From positions 1 to 32,227 of IMG/VR virus record IMGVR_UViG_3300007735_000616: 32,227 bases of DNA; one strand, given 5' to 3'. Positions 16,335-26,016 of the stretch are shown here, piece after piece. The translations under genes were made by a program, and so were the position numbers. Position 1 is the first letter of the stretch; every line of letters starts with the position of its first letter. Under the pieces are notes generated by a model that was not told where the DNA came from, did not search any database, and saw only the letters and a program-made list of their open reading frames with translations. Source of the DNA: a virus. Lineage: Duplodnaviria; Caudoviricetes.

Positions 16335-16802
16335 TTATTGCTGCGAACGAAGCAGGTCTAAAATCTCTTCCGTAGATGAAGCATTGTTCAATCTGGATTC
16401 GATATTTTCTGCTCTGTCGGGAGTAATAGCACCCTGAGTTAAGATGTCTTGCTGACGTAATGCAGCAATATTTGCATCTACTTGCGGGGTGTTTTGCGCC
16501 TGTAACCCAAACAAGTCTCCGTTATCTTCAAGCCAGTTAGAAACTGACTCTTCGTTAACTTCCTCTATATCTTTTAGGATTAGGCGTGCAGCCTTTTGGT
16601 TTACACCCTTTTTTTCTAGGACTGATTTAACGGTTTGCTCACGCTGCGCCTTGGTATATGTCTCAAGTTGCTCAGTAAGTTCCTTGATACGTTTCTCATC
16701 TGACCTCTTGGCTTTACGTAACTTTTTTACTAAGTCACCGCCGTCGGTAGACGAATCCATATCTAGGTCGTCGTCTTCATCTTCCCATATGTTGTTGCTC
16801 AT
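16335..16802 (-). CDS. Capsid scaffolding protein
   Basis: Acidic N-terminus and coiled coil, immediately before the capsid gene. ATG 16802 with GAAAGGGTGG RBS is preferred. Confidence 0.75.
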   Translation of the reverse strand: MSNNIWEDEDDDLDMDSSTDGGDLVKKLRKAKRSDEKRIKELTEQLETYTKAQREQTVKSVLEKKGVNQKAARLILKDIEEVNEESVSNWLEDNGDLFGLQAQNTPQVDANIAALRQQDILTQGAITPDRAENIESRLNNASSTEEILDLLRSQQ

Positions 16803-16829
16803 AGCAACCACCCTTTCTATTCGTTGTTA

Positions 16830-16918
16830 GTTCGCAGACCACAATGACCATTCGGGGTAATGGGTTGGCTTCTGCTACCAGTCTTATACGCTAACGGGGC
16901 TGGTCGGTCCGTAAGGAT
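16830..16918 (-). ncRNA. Structured cis-leader (H-type pseudoknot plus hairpin) upstream of scaffold/capsid
   Basis: CUuACGG/CCGUuAG crossed by ACCAG/CUGGU, followed by GCAGA...CCAUU/AAUGG...UCUGC. Confidence 0.5.
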
Positions 16919-16923
16919 TCTAT

Positions 16924-18465
16924 TTAGATTAAGCCAGCACCTCTGGCTTGTGAAGCAAATGACTTGCTTCCTATAGTGCCCGCTCTACCTGCAAAGCGAG
17001 CCTCTTCTTCTTTAGTTAATGCTTCTAAGGCTTGTGCTTCTCTGATTGAGTTTCTGAAAACAATATTCTCTAAGTCAGCCTGTGATAGTGGCTCTGTTCC
17101 AGATATACCTGCAAGTTTAGTTGCGGTAGGAAGTGCTTGTGCTACACGTCCAAACTTACCAAGTGCACTCTGGTATGTCTCGCCCAAAGCACCTAGTTCA
17201 GTAGCACGTTCTACAGTAACTCCTCCTGGAAGAGTTTCACTAGCACCTAAGCCTTGTTGTTGAGCAGCAGTTAAAACTTCATATCCAGCAAGTTCTCTTG
17301 CTAAATCTTTAGTACTCTTTTCTCCACCAATAATTGCTCTAGCAATTTGAGTATCAGTTAAGTTTGGATAATAAGTCTTAATAGTTTCTTTTATTTCATT
17401 AGGAGCAAATTTAATTCTATCAAATACTTGAGTAACACGCTCTGCAAATACTGATGCTGGGATAGCCTTACCAATGATTCCAGTAAGGAATTCTTCAGTT
17501 GCTAAATCACCTAGATTTGATGCTCTAAGAACATCTGCCATTTTTGATTGAGTTGCAACATACTCAGCAACCGTAGGAACAGTTACTGGCTTACCAGCCT
17601 GACGTAAATCTTGTAGGTCATAGATGCCTTTAAATCGCTTAGTAAAGTCAGCCATCTCAGGATTGTTACGAACATCTTGTAATGCTAAGTTATAAGATTC
17701 ATCAATAGTTGCGCCTGTCTTATAAAACTTAGACATAGATGTATATAGTTGGTCAACCCAAGGTTTAGCCATTTCTTCTGTACCAAAGAATAAACCAAGA
17801 GTAGTCTTAAATACATCTTTTGCTAATGTTGGTCCAGTTACACCAGCGCCAGGTAAACCAGCACTTAATGTTGTCCCACCAGTAGTAGTCCCACCCATTG
17901 TAGTTCCACCTGTTGTACCACCAGGCAAATCACCAAAGAAAGATAGTCCAGTTAGGCTAGTTCCAAGTCCACCCATTCCACCAGTTGCATCTGTTGGCAG
18001 GCTTGACATATTAAATAAATCGCCATATTGTCCCTGAAGTTTTCTTACTGTATCTGCAGGATTAGCACCAGCAGCGATAGCCTCATCATATTGTTTTTTT
18101 ATTAAGATAGCAGCCATTGCATTAGTATCAGTAGTGCCATCTGGTTTTCTTACTTGCTTTTGTTCTTCAGCAGTTAGTTGCCCAGATAAAGGTGTATCAT
18201 TAAAATATCCTTGAGAGTTAATACCACCACGAGAAGCAATATATTCTTTAGTATAACCAATTGCTCTGGCTTCGGCTTCTTTAGCAGCGTTACGTTCTGT
18301 GCTACTAATGGTTAAACCGCTTACTGGAGATTCGCTACCTAATCTAATCGCAGGTACTCCACCAGCAGGTGTGGTAGTTGCTTGACCAAATGGTGTACCA
18401 ACATTTACATAAGGTGTATATACTGCAGTATTTCTGGCATCAAATTCTCTATCTGGATTAGCCAT
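16924..18465 (-). CDS. Probable internal virion (ejection) protein
   Basis: 513 aa with a G/T-rich flexible linker (GGTT repeats) and helical Ala/Gln/Glu-rich C-terminus; third of three large adjacent genes. Confidence 0.55.
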   Translation of the reverse strand: MANPDREFDARNTAVYTPYVNVGTPFGQATTTPAGGVPAIRLGSESPVSGLTISSTERNAAKEAEARAIGYTKEYIASRGGINSQGYFNDTPLSGQLTAEEQKQVRKPDGTTDTNAMAAILIKKQYDEAIAAGANPADTVRKLQGQYGDLFNMSSLPTDATGGMGGLGTSLTGLSFFGDLPGGTTGGTTMGGTTTGGTTLSAGLPGAGVTGPTLAKDVFKTTLGLFFGTEEMAKPWVDQLYTSMSKFYKTGATIDESYNLALQDVRNNPEMADFTKRFKGIYDLQDLRQAGKPVTVPTVAEYVATQSKMADVLRASNLGDLATEEFLTGIIGKAIPASVFAERVTQVFDRIKFAPNEIKETIKTYYPNLTDTQIARAIIGGEKSTKDLARELAGYEVLTAAQQQGLGASETLPGGVTVERATELGALGETYQSALGKFGRVAQALPTATKLAGISGTEPLSQADLENIVFRNSIREAQALEALTKEEEARFAGRAGTIGSKSFASQARGAGLI

Positions 18466-18468
18466 TAA

Positions 18469-19572
18469 TTAAACCCCAAATCCTGATGCTCGTGCAAAAC
18501 CGATTGCTGCTTCTTTTGCTTTAGTTTGCATTGCAACTGTCTTTTCTGCGTTTGGATGGAAGATTGCATAGTTATAAATATCAGCAGTAGTTGGAACTGG
18601 AGCCTTACCTACCACACCATCTGGTCTTAAAAATCTGTCAACTTCTGGATTATCTAAAGTTAAAATACTTGGGTCCATCTCCCAGGTTTTAGCCAATATA
18701 GAAACAATAGGATTTGCAATATCAGCAACAGTTAAATCTGGATTTGCTGCAAGACGTGGAGCCAATGCTGGATAATACTTTTGTGCTTGAGCATTTAATT
18801 CTGACTTAAGTTTTTCTGAAGATAATGCACCAGATGCTAAATCTATACCAAGTTTTACAATCTCTTGGTTAGTTACATTTGTTGAGCCATAAGCCTTAAG
18901 AATTGTTTTGACATTGTTAATTGTTTTAATTGCAGAACTAGGCAAATCCTCAGCCTTACCAAGTACCGCCTTTGACCATACATAAGACTCAGTAAAAGCC
19001 TTAGCATCAAATAGTGATGGAGTAGTTACCTGCTCAATGCCACCCTCTTTAGCCTTACGGGTAACTGTCTTGCCAGATAACTTAGCCTCAGCACTTACCT
19101 TATTAAAGAAATCTAATCTATCTTGTTCAGTAAATAATGCTGGGTTATATCCTAAGGCTGAGGCAGTCTTATTTAAAAGAGCATCTGATGTTAGTTTGTC
19201 ATACTCAGTATATGAGATAGTTGTACCAGTAACAGATGGAGCATTTTTACTTAATGTACCAAGAACATCCCAAGGTGATTCTTTTTTACCATTTTTAAAA
19301 GCAGCCACAGCGCCGTCAACAATGGTATTCCAAAGAGTTTGACGCATTGCACGGGTAGGCTGTGTCTTATTCTCAACAGTAACTAGATACTCTTGAAGTG
19401 CAAGAACTGCTGTTTCAGGTAAGGTAGAAAAACCCTTCTTAACTACAGATGAATCCGCCTTAACTAAGTTACCATTTTTATCTGGCATCCAAAGATAACT
19501 AATTGTTTTTTTAGAACTCTTTTTAGGAATTACTGGTACGGGACCTGGTGGCGGTGGAGTTACCATTGACAT
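18469..19572 (-). CDS. Probable internal virion (ejection) protein
   Basis: 367 aa, Pro-rich N-terminus, helical; TAATG-coupled to the 1723-aa gene. Confidence 0.55.
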   Translation of the reverse strand: MSMVTPPPPGPVPVIPKKSSKKTISYLWMPDKNGNLVKADSSVVKKGFSTLPETAVLALQEYLVTVENKTQPTRAMRQTLWNTIVDGAVAAFKNGKKESPWDVLGTLSKNAPSVTGTTISYTEYDKLTSDALLNKTASALGYNPALFTEQDRLDFFNKVSAEAKLSGKTVTRKAKEGGIEQVTTPSLFDAKAFTESYVWSKAVLGKAEDLPSSAIKTINNVKTILKAYGSTNVTNQEIVKLGIDLASGALSSEKLKSELNAQAQKYYPALAPRLAANPDLTVADIANPIVSILAKTWEMDPSILTLDNPEVDRFLRPDGVVGKAPVPTTADIYNYAIFHPNAEKTVAMQTKAKEAAIGFARASGFGV

Positions 19573-22500
19573 TATCTAGCCTCCTTCAAGTTATCATTTT
19601 GGAAATATCTATTTATTATTTTTTGTAATACTGGGTCCCAAAGATTTAAACTTGATTCCAAGTAATTTGTCCATTGTTCTTGAATTTTATTCTTGTAACC
19701 AACAGGTGTATCTTTGTAAGCCTTAACATATGAATCACGATACTCCAGGAAAGACTTAGCGTGAGTCCAGAATTGAGTGTTACCAAATTCTTTCATAAAA
19801 TCTTTATTATTAATAACTTTTTGTAAACCTCTGGCTTGTGACCAAGCAGCATCTCCCTTTGAGATACTTTGCATATACTCGTTATACCAGTCTTCACTAC
19901 CAGCCCTAAGAGTTTCTGTTGCATATTGTTTTAATGATTCTCTTAATTCTGGAACACTAAGATAACTTGCATATTGTGCATCTTTAGCAACATCATTTAA
20001 CTGCTTTTTTCTATCAGTATAAGCCTTCCAGTAACGAGACTTAGTTAATTCAACCTCAATCATTTCTGGTGTCTTAAGTTGTGTATTAAGAATTGTTCCA
20101 CCAGGTAAGGTTGTATTTGGGTCGTTAAGGAATTTATTAACCTGTGGGCTATATTCCTTTGGTAAGTCTGCAGTTAATAAGCCAACTACTTGAGGGCTGA
20201 TAGATTCTAGTTCTTTAGCAAGACCACTATATTTATCCCATACTCTTTCGTATGCTTTTTGGCTTGGAGTAATATAAGCGTTCTTATCTTTAGAAGATAC
20301 AAACAATCTATCTGTAGGGAACAATGCGCCAGGAACACCCATACGAGACTGGAACTCATCCTCTGCCAAGCGTTGAGCCTCTACGTCACCCTTACCCTGT
20401 GCTTTGTACTTATCAAGAAGCATAGAATAATAGTCATTAAATAAACTATCTGGACGGGCTTCTACATATTGGGCTGTACCCAGTAATGAGAAAAATTGAG
20501 TTTTAAATTTACGTAAGTAAATATCCGTAGTTTCTTTTTCTATACTTTTTTCAGTTGGTGCTGGACCAAGACCCATTTCATAAAGAGTCCATTGTTTATT
20601 TGCTACAGAAACTAATGAGTCCATCCACATTTCGTCAGTTTTTGACTTGTTAGTTGCGGTTAATAAGTTTCTTGCCCAAGCAGGAGTAAATGTTTTGGTT
20701 AACTGAGTCTTAACATTTGGCTCTACACCAAATGGGAATAACTCATCATATGAATAACCAGGAATTTTTCCAACTGTTCCATCTATAAGACTTTTTATTT
20801 CATCTGCTGAATTAGGTTTGCCACCTAAAATTCTATTTACTGATAATGGAACTAGCCAGTTTGCGCCAGGAAGGTTAGCAATAAAGTTAGTTGCACGTGC
20901 TGAAACAACAATTCCTTCACCCTTATTAAAGCCCATTTCTTTAGTACCAGGAACTAATAGATACTCAGCCTTCATTGGGTCTTCAACTGGGTTGCCATAC
21001 TTATCTACACCAAATGAGTTATATAAAGCGTAGTAAGAGTTTAAGAATCCTGATGTTCTACCAGGTTGTCTAGCAGCAAAACCAGTATAACGATAGATAC
21101 CACTTGCTGCAGCATTAGGGAAAACAAGTGCTGCACGGGCTAGATAAAGCCCTCTTTGTTGACGTGGAATTGTATAGAAAACTTTTGTTATGTCTTGCAC
21201 CATTTCGGCTGCAGCAGATTGTCTTAATGTATTTAAGGTTGCAAGAGTTACTTCTTGACCTTGAGCAACTAATTGATTAGCCTTACTAACTACACGATTA
21301 GCGTGCTCAACGTTACCCCATACTTGACGGATTAAGTTTTCTGGTTTAGCAAGTCTACGCCACGCTGCTGAGATAACAGCATCTGATGCTTCGCCAATTG
21401 CTTTGCTAAGGGTTGTAGGTCTTGAGTAAGCAATATCAAGTGGTTGAATAGGAACCATTTGGTCAAGATATGCACTCAATGTTCTTTCTAAATCTGTTTG
21501 TTTAACAGGACCTGCAGCAGCCAGTCTTTGTGCTTCTGGGCTTGGTAAGTATCTATTAACATATGAAATAGAATCATCAACAATTTGAGTTAGTTCATCT
21601 TCGCTACGTCCCATATTGTATGCATAAGATTTACCTTGACGTGTAGTTGCCCATTGTAATAATTCCTCACGAGATGCACCTTTAAGGATTTGGTCAACTA
21701 AAACATCTCCCCGCATATAAGTATTAACTACATATGTTAGTTCAGGAAAATATAGTGGGTCTGCAACATTTGTTATAGTAGAAGGACTCTTGCGAAATAC
21801 AGTATTTATCTTTGCAACAACTGCTTTATTACCAAGAACTTCAAGGGTTCTAGTATTATTATTTGCAATTTCACTAAAGTATCCATCACCAAGATAGTTC
21901 TCATTTGTAAATGATGGGAACTCAAACTTTTGTCCATTAGCAAGAACTCGTGTCACAGTATCTGGCATTAAAGGTTTGCTCTCATAGCGACCTTCAGATA
22001 CCTTAAATACTCTGGCTCTTTCCTGCAGTTTAGGGTCAAGTTTCTTTAATACTTCACCTATTTCATCATAAACTTTAGCAATCTGAGCATCAAGAACATT
22101 TAACTCAGGGGCAAGAATATTAATCTTATTGGTTGCTTCAAGTAATAATGCTTCTGCTTTAGCAATTAAAGATGCGTTACCTTTATATGCTTGTTCAACT
22201 TTCTTAAGAGTATCTTTATATTCTTTGCCAGGAGTAATATCTTTTACTCTTAAAGACCTTAACTCATCTGCAGGAATATTATCTTTTAAGGTTTTAATTC
22301 TACGACCCAAATTGTATAAAGTTGGAACATCAACTGGCTTGCCATATTCAACTGTCCAGCGATTAAAGTTTGTTTCAATGTTATCAACAATTTTTTCGGC
22401 TGCACGTAAATCTTCTCTAACCTCATCAGCCCAATCAGCCTTTGTTTTAGGTGATACGCCAGGGGTATCTCTAAAGAAACTTAAATACTGTGCATAGATA

Positions 22501-24743
22501 TTATCACGTAGATTTATTGCCTGGTTATACTGTTCTGATAAAGCCTTTACTTCACGTTGAATTTCTTTTTTAGCACTTGGAAAAATAGTCTTTGCTTTTT
22601 CAATATTCCTCATAGTAAAGTTTGCTGTATTTTTTATCATTTGTTTTGCAGCAGTAGTAAATAATGCTTCAGTAAACTGTGAACCAGATGCCATAGTTGC
22701 TGACAACATAGGTTCAAATACAGAGTTTTTAGGAATATATGAAAAACGATACAACTGTGCTAGTGAGAACGCTTTGTTACCCATTTCAAAAATTGATTGG
22801 GCTGCATCTTTAGTGCCACCAACAGTCTTTTGTACACCACCAGCAAGCACATTCTTTTCTGCTCTAGCAGCACGGGCAATCATTTTATCTAACTCACCAA
22901 AAGGTAACATAGGCATTGAGTTCTGCAGTTGACGTTGAGTCTGTGCATTAACTACAAGTCGTGTACCAGTTGGGTCCATTGCGTTTCCGTGTTGACGCAA
23001 GTCTCCGTGTACAGCCTTTACGTTCTGCATTAAAGTATTAACAAAAGAGTCAATTACTTCATTATTGTAATAACCTCTTGAATATGCAATGGTTCTAGCC
23101 AATGCTGTATTAGCATCATCAATAACTTTAGCGCGAGCACCATCTGTAGTAGCAGAAACAAACTTATCAATTAGTTCTCTACGGTATTCAGATACAGTTT
23201 TTGGTGTTAGGTCATCTGACGTAATTAATCTTTCACCGCGCCTAAATAAAGGAACATCATCAAAAACAGCAATTAATTCATCTATACCATCAAGAGGACG
23301 TAAACCTGAGTTAGTTACAAATCCCTTTGGCATCATAGTTCCAAAGTTACGGATAAGAACTGTGGCTGCCCCACCGACTACACGTCCACCTAATACTGTC
23401 TGAGTAAATCCACCAACGTTTGAAAAGTCACGCTCTAGTCTTGCTGTCTTAAGTTGTGCATTTCTTGTGCGTGATGCAGCATATGCAGTCTTGCCAATTA
23501 CAGGCTCCATTGGTTTATAATTTTTACCAAAGAATCTAGGGCTAACCTCAAGAACATTTGTTACAGGATTTAATTCTTCTTTTAAGAATGCATCATAAAT
23601 CTCTTGATGTTTTGGGTCTTTAGCAATAGCATCATCAAATGCTTGATTCCAACGATTGCGTTGTTCTACTGTATAAGTAGGTAATTTATTATTTGCTATG
23701 TAGTAGTTTTGAACTTCTTCAGTTCCTCTACTTAAATACCAAACATCATCAAGTCTTTTTGCACCAGCAAGACGGTCAATTGCAGGACCCCAACCCTTAT
23801 CTGCTAGTAGTAAGTCACGAACAAACTCTGGGTCTGTTGTATCTTTTACTAAAGAAGAAAGTCTTGGATTTAAAGTATATGGTTTTAGTATATTATTAAT
23901 ATCAATAATATTACTTGAGTTAGCAAGATTTTCAATGTCTTGACCAAATACAGTTAATGCACCTTCTTGACCATTACTTGCTCTAAATTTAATGTGGTCG
24001 TCAGCCAATTTTTCTAATTGAGGCAAGGCATCAATATCGCCAACACGAATCTTAGTGCTTAATCCAGCAGCAGTTAAAAGACTTTTTGTTATAGCAGCGA
24101 AGCCTCTGACACCTTTATCAATAGCAACGTTTTTAATTATCAGGTCGTTTATTCCACTAACCCATTTACCTACAACGTTGTCTTGAAAGTTTTGTTTAAC
24201 ATCTTGGTCATTCCATAAATCAACTTCATCTAAATCAATACCACCAAGACCAAGAATACCAGCCTGAATAGATGGCAAAATTGGAATCATTTGTGCTTTA
24301 GTTAAAGACACACCAAGAGATACTTTTTCAGTTCTATTATATGCATCAACTATATCTTGTGGCTGAAAACCTTTACGAAATTTTTCTAATTCATATAATG
24401 GGCTATTAGGGTCAGCCAATAAAAATGCTGTAGAAATAGGGCGTGCAACAACAGGACTAAATACAAACTCTTCAGCCTTTTGAGCCACAGTCATAATTGG
24501 GTCAATTGGTTTCATAATTGACTGGTCTTGTGAAAGAATTCCAGCATCTTTCATAGACTGTTTTATGCCAGCCTCAGATGCTAAGTTTGCAGCAGCAGCA
24601 AGTTCTGGTCTAGTTTTAGCAACTGAACCAGCACCAATAGATGCACCAGCCTGTAGTACTGGAGCAAAAAGACTTCCAGTAAATGAGCCTAAACCTTTTG
24701 CAAGTGATTTAGTTGTATCTAAAAAATCATTCCATAAAGACAC
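19572..24743 (-). CDS. Large internal virion / DNA ejection protein (1723 aa)
   Basis: Very large helical protein in the structural operon, without tape-measure-type periodicity. Confidence 0.6.
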   Translation of the reverse strand: MSLWNDFLDTTKSLAKGLGSFTGSLFAPVLQAGASIGAGSVAKTRPELAAAANLASEAGIKQSMKDAGILSQDQSIMKPIDPIMTVAQKAEEFVFSPVVARPISTAFLLADPNSPLYELEKFRKGFQPQDIVDAYNRTEKVSLGVSLTKAQMIPILPSIQAGILGLGGIDLDEVDLWNDQDVKQNFQDNVVGKWVSGINDLIIKNVAIDKGVRGFAAITKSLLTAAGLSTKIRVGDIDALPQLEKLADDHIKFRASNGQEGALTVFGQDIENLANSSNIIDINNILKPYTLNPRLSSLVKDTTDPEFVRDLLLADKGWGPAIDRLAGAKRLDDVWYLSRGTEEVQNYYIANNKLPTYTVEQRNRWNQAFDDAIAKDPKHQEIYDAFLKEELNPVTNVLEVSPRFFGKNYKPMEPVIGKTAYAASRTRNAQLKTARLERDFSNVGGFTQTVLGGRVVGGAATVLIRNFGTMMPKGFVTNSGLRPLDGIDELIAVFDDVPLFRRGERLITSDDLTPKTVSEYRRELIDKFVSATTDGARAKVIDDANTALARTIAYSRGYYNNEVIDSFVNTLMQNVKAVHGDLRQHGNAMDPTGTRLVVNAQTQRQLQNSMPMLPFGELDKMIARAARAEKNVLAGGVQKTVGGTKDAAQSIFEMGNKAFSLAQLYRFSYIPKNSVFEPMLSATMASGSQFTEALFTTAAKQMIKNTANFTMRNIEKAKTIFPSAKKEIQREVKALSEQYNQAINLRDNIYAQYLSFFRDTPGVSPKTKADWADEVREDLRAAEKIVDNIETNFNRWTVEYGKPVDVPTLYNLGRRIKTLKDNIPADELRSLRVKDITPGKEYKDTLKKVEQAYKGNASLIAKAEALLLEATNKINILAPELNVLDAQIAKVYDEIGEVLKKLDPKLQERARVFKVSEGRYESKPLMPDTVTRVLANGQKFEFPSFTNENYLGDGYFSEIANNNTRTLEVLGNKAVVAKINTVFRKSPSTITNVADPLYFPELTYVVNTYMRGDVLVDQILKGASREELLQWATTRQGKSYAYNMGRSEDELTQIVDDSISYVNRYLPSPEAQRLAAAGPVKQTDLERTLSAYLDQMVPIQPLDIAYSRPTTLSKAIGEASDAVISAAWRRLAKPENLIRQVWGNVEHANRVVSKANQLVAQGQEVTLATLNTLRQSAAAEMVQDITKVFYTIPRQQRGLYLARAALVFPNAAASGIYRYTGFAARQPGRTSGFLNSYYALYNSFGVDKYGNPVEDPMKAEYLLVPGTKEMGFNKGEGIVVSARATNFIANLPGANWLVPLSVNRILGGKPNSADEIKSLIDGTVGKIPGYSYDELFPFGVEPNVKTQLTKTFTPAWARNLLTATNKSKTDEMWMDSLVSVANKQWTLYEMGLGPAPTEKSIEKETTDIYLRKFKTQFFSLLGTAQYVEARPDSLFNDYYSMLLDKYKAQGKGDVEAQRLAEDEFQSRMGVPGALFPTDRLFVSSKDKNAYITPSQKAYERVWDKYSGLAKELESISPQVVGLLTADLPKEYSPQVNKFLNDPNTTLPGGTILNTQLKTPEMIEVELTKSRYWKAYTDRKKQLNDVAKDAQYASYLSVPELRESLKQYATETLRAGSEDWYNEYMQSISKGDAAWSQARGLQKVINNKDFMKEFGNTQFWTHAKSFLEYRDSYVKAYKDTPVGYKNKIQEQWTNYLESSLNLWDPVLQKIINRYFQNDNLKEAR

Positions 24744-24946
24744 TATTGCACCGTCCCTGGCTTAAATGTAGATGGAGAGCCACCCTGAACTTCATCTTCA
24801 GTAATAGCCAGTATGAATCTATCTCTATCGCTTGTAGATTCCCAAGGTACCATTGACAATGATAATGCAACTCCAAAGTTATCGTAACCTAATGAATTAG
24901 CAAACTTATCTAAATGGTCAAAGAAAGAGTTTTCTACCCATTTCAC
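24743..24946 (-). CDS. Hypothetical protein (67 aa)
   Basis: GTGA overlap upstream and TAGTG overlap downstream. Confidence 0.65.
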   Translation of the reverse strand: MKWVENSFFDHLDKFANSLGYDNFGVALSLSMVPWESTSDRDRFILAITEDEVQGGSPSTFKPGTVQ

Positions 24947-25422
24947 AATATCTGTGCTTTCAAATAGTTAACTAGTTCCTTGTATGAGTCAGGTGCACCA
25001 GGTAACCTAGTTGCTTGTAATAAATCTGGTAGATATTTTTTGATTAAATCTAAATCTTGTGACTGGTTAATTGGACTAGTAAGACGTGTAGGTAATGCTT
25101 CTTCACCACGTCCACGACCAACTGGCACACCATCAGAGATAGGTAAATCACCCTCATAATCAGCATCTAGTGGGGTAAAACTTCCCATAATTGCGTCTAA
25201 TGGATTACCTGTAGGTACTGGTGCTGCTTGTGGTGTTGGAGCCTTTGCCAATTTTGCGCCATCCTTTTGTTCTTTAATTTGTTTGTTTACTCCATATGGG
25301 AAACCTGAGTAATTCTTACCAGATTGTCCGTCGCCACCCATAGGATTAATATTTGTTGGGCTATTCTGAGGAGCAGTTGGACGAAAACCACCACGATTCT
25401 CTGCGGGTTGTGTCATTGACAT
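24943..25422 (-). CDS. Pro/Gly-rich hypothetical virion-associated protein
   Basis: GGAGGA RBS, disordered-looking N-terminal two-thirds and helical C-terminus. Confidence 0.75.
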   Translation of the reverse strand: MSMTQPAENRGGFRPTAPQNSPTNINPMGGDGQSGKNYSGFPYGVNKQIKEQKDGAKLAKAPTPQAAPVPTGNPLDAIMGSFTPLDADYEGDLPISDGVPVGRGRGEEALPTRLTSPINQSQDLDLIKKYLPDLLQATRLPGAPDSYKELVNYLKAQIL

Positions 25423-25431
25423 TGCATCCTC

Positions 25432-26001
25432 CTACTTTGTAAATTGTGTTTTAATATTTGCGGTTCCACCGCACCATACGTTGTATTGAATTGCTATATT
25501 AACTGCTTTTTTAGCGGCACTTGCTGCTTTAGCGTGGGTTCTACGTTCCATATCCATTGCTGCTAATGCACCAAGGGCTACTCCACCACCAGAACCTATA
25601 CCGTATAAGCCTTTATCATCACGCATATACCCATAATCATCAGTAACTTGATATATCTTGCCATTAAAACAAACTAATGCATCCCATCCAGCATCATCAT
25701 CTTTATTATTCTTAGGTGCTGAGTCGTATCCTGCTTCAGTTAGAGTTTGTTTTATAGATGGTAGTACTCTAATCATCATAAATCTATCTGGGTCTTGAGT
25801 TTTAATTACCTTTGGTGGTTGCCATAGGTTATTAAGAATATCTCCTGCTATTGCATCACCTGCAACTGCAATTAAATACTCACCAATTTTAACTATTTTG
25901 TCGCAACCTTTGGCTATATACGGTCTATCTGTATATGTAGTCATAGTATCTGCGCCTAAAACAGCCCAGCCTTTACCTTGAATACCAACAATCGCTGTCA
26001 T
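25432..26001 (-). CDS. Ntn-hydrolase, proteasome beta-subunit/HslV-like threonine protease
   Basis: M-T start exposes Thr1. Also GAD (Asp17), DKI (Lys33 equivalent), AVAGD, GIGSGG and C-terminal NVWCGG. AGGGG RBS. Confidence 0.85.
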   Translation of the reverse strand: MTAIVGIQGKGWAVLGADTMTTYTDRPYIAKGCDKIVKIGEYLIAVAGDAIAGDILNNLWQPPKVIKTQDPDRFMMIRVLPSIKQTLTEAGYDSAPKNNKDDDAGWDALVCFNGKIYQVTDDYGYMRDDKGLYGIGSGGGVALGALAAMDMERRTHAKAASAAKKAVNIAIQYNVWCGGTANIKTQFTK

Positions 26002-26016
26002 AGTCCCCTACCTAAG

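Noticed and set aside
17868-17925. GGTT peptide repeats as a DNA repeat element
   Set aside because: Codons are diversified, consistent with a flexible protein linker only.
19572-24743. Tape measure protein or N4-like virion RNA polymerase
   Set aside because: No periodic aromatic repeats, tail tube or frameshifted chaperone genes, and no polymerase motifs were recognised; it is about half the size of N4 vRNAP.
24743-25422. Pup-like tag partner for the proteasome-like protease
   Set aside because: Neither neighbouring small protein ends in GGE/GGQ, and no PafA/Dop-like gene is present.
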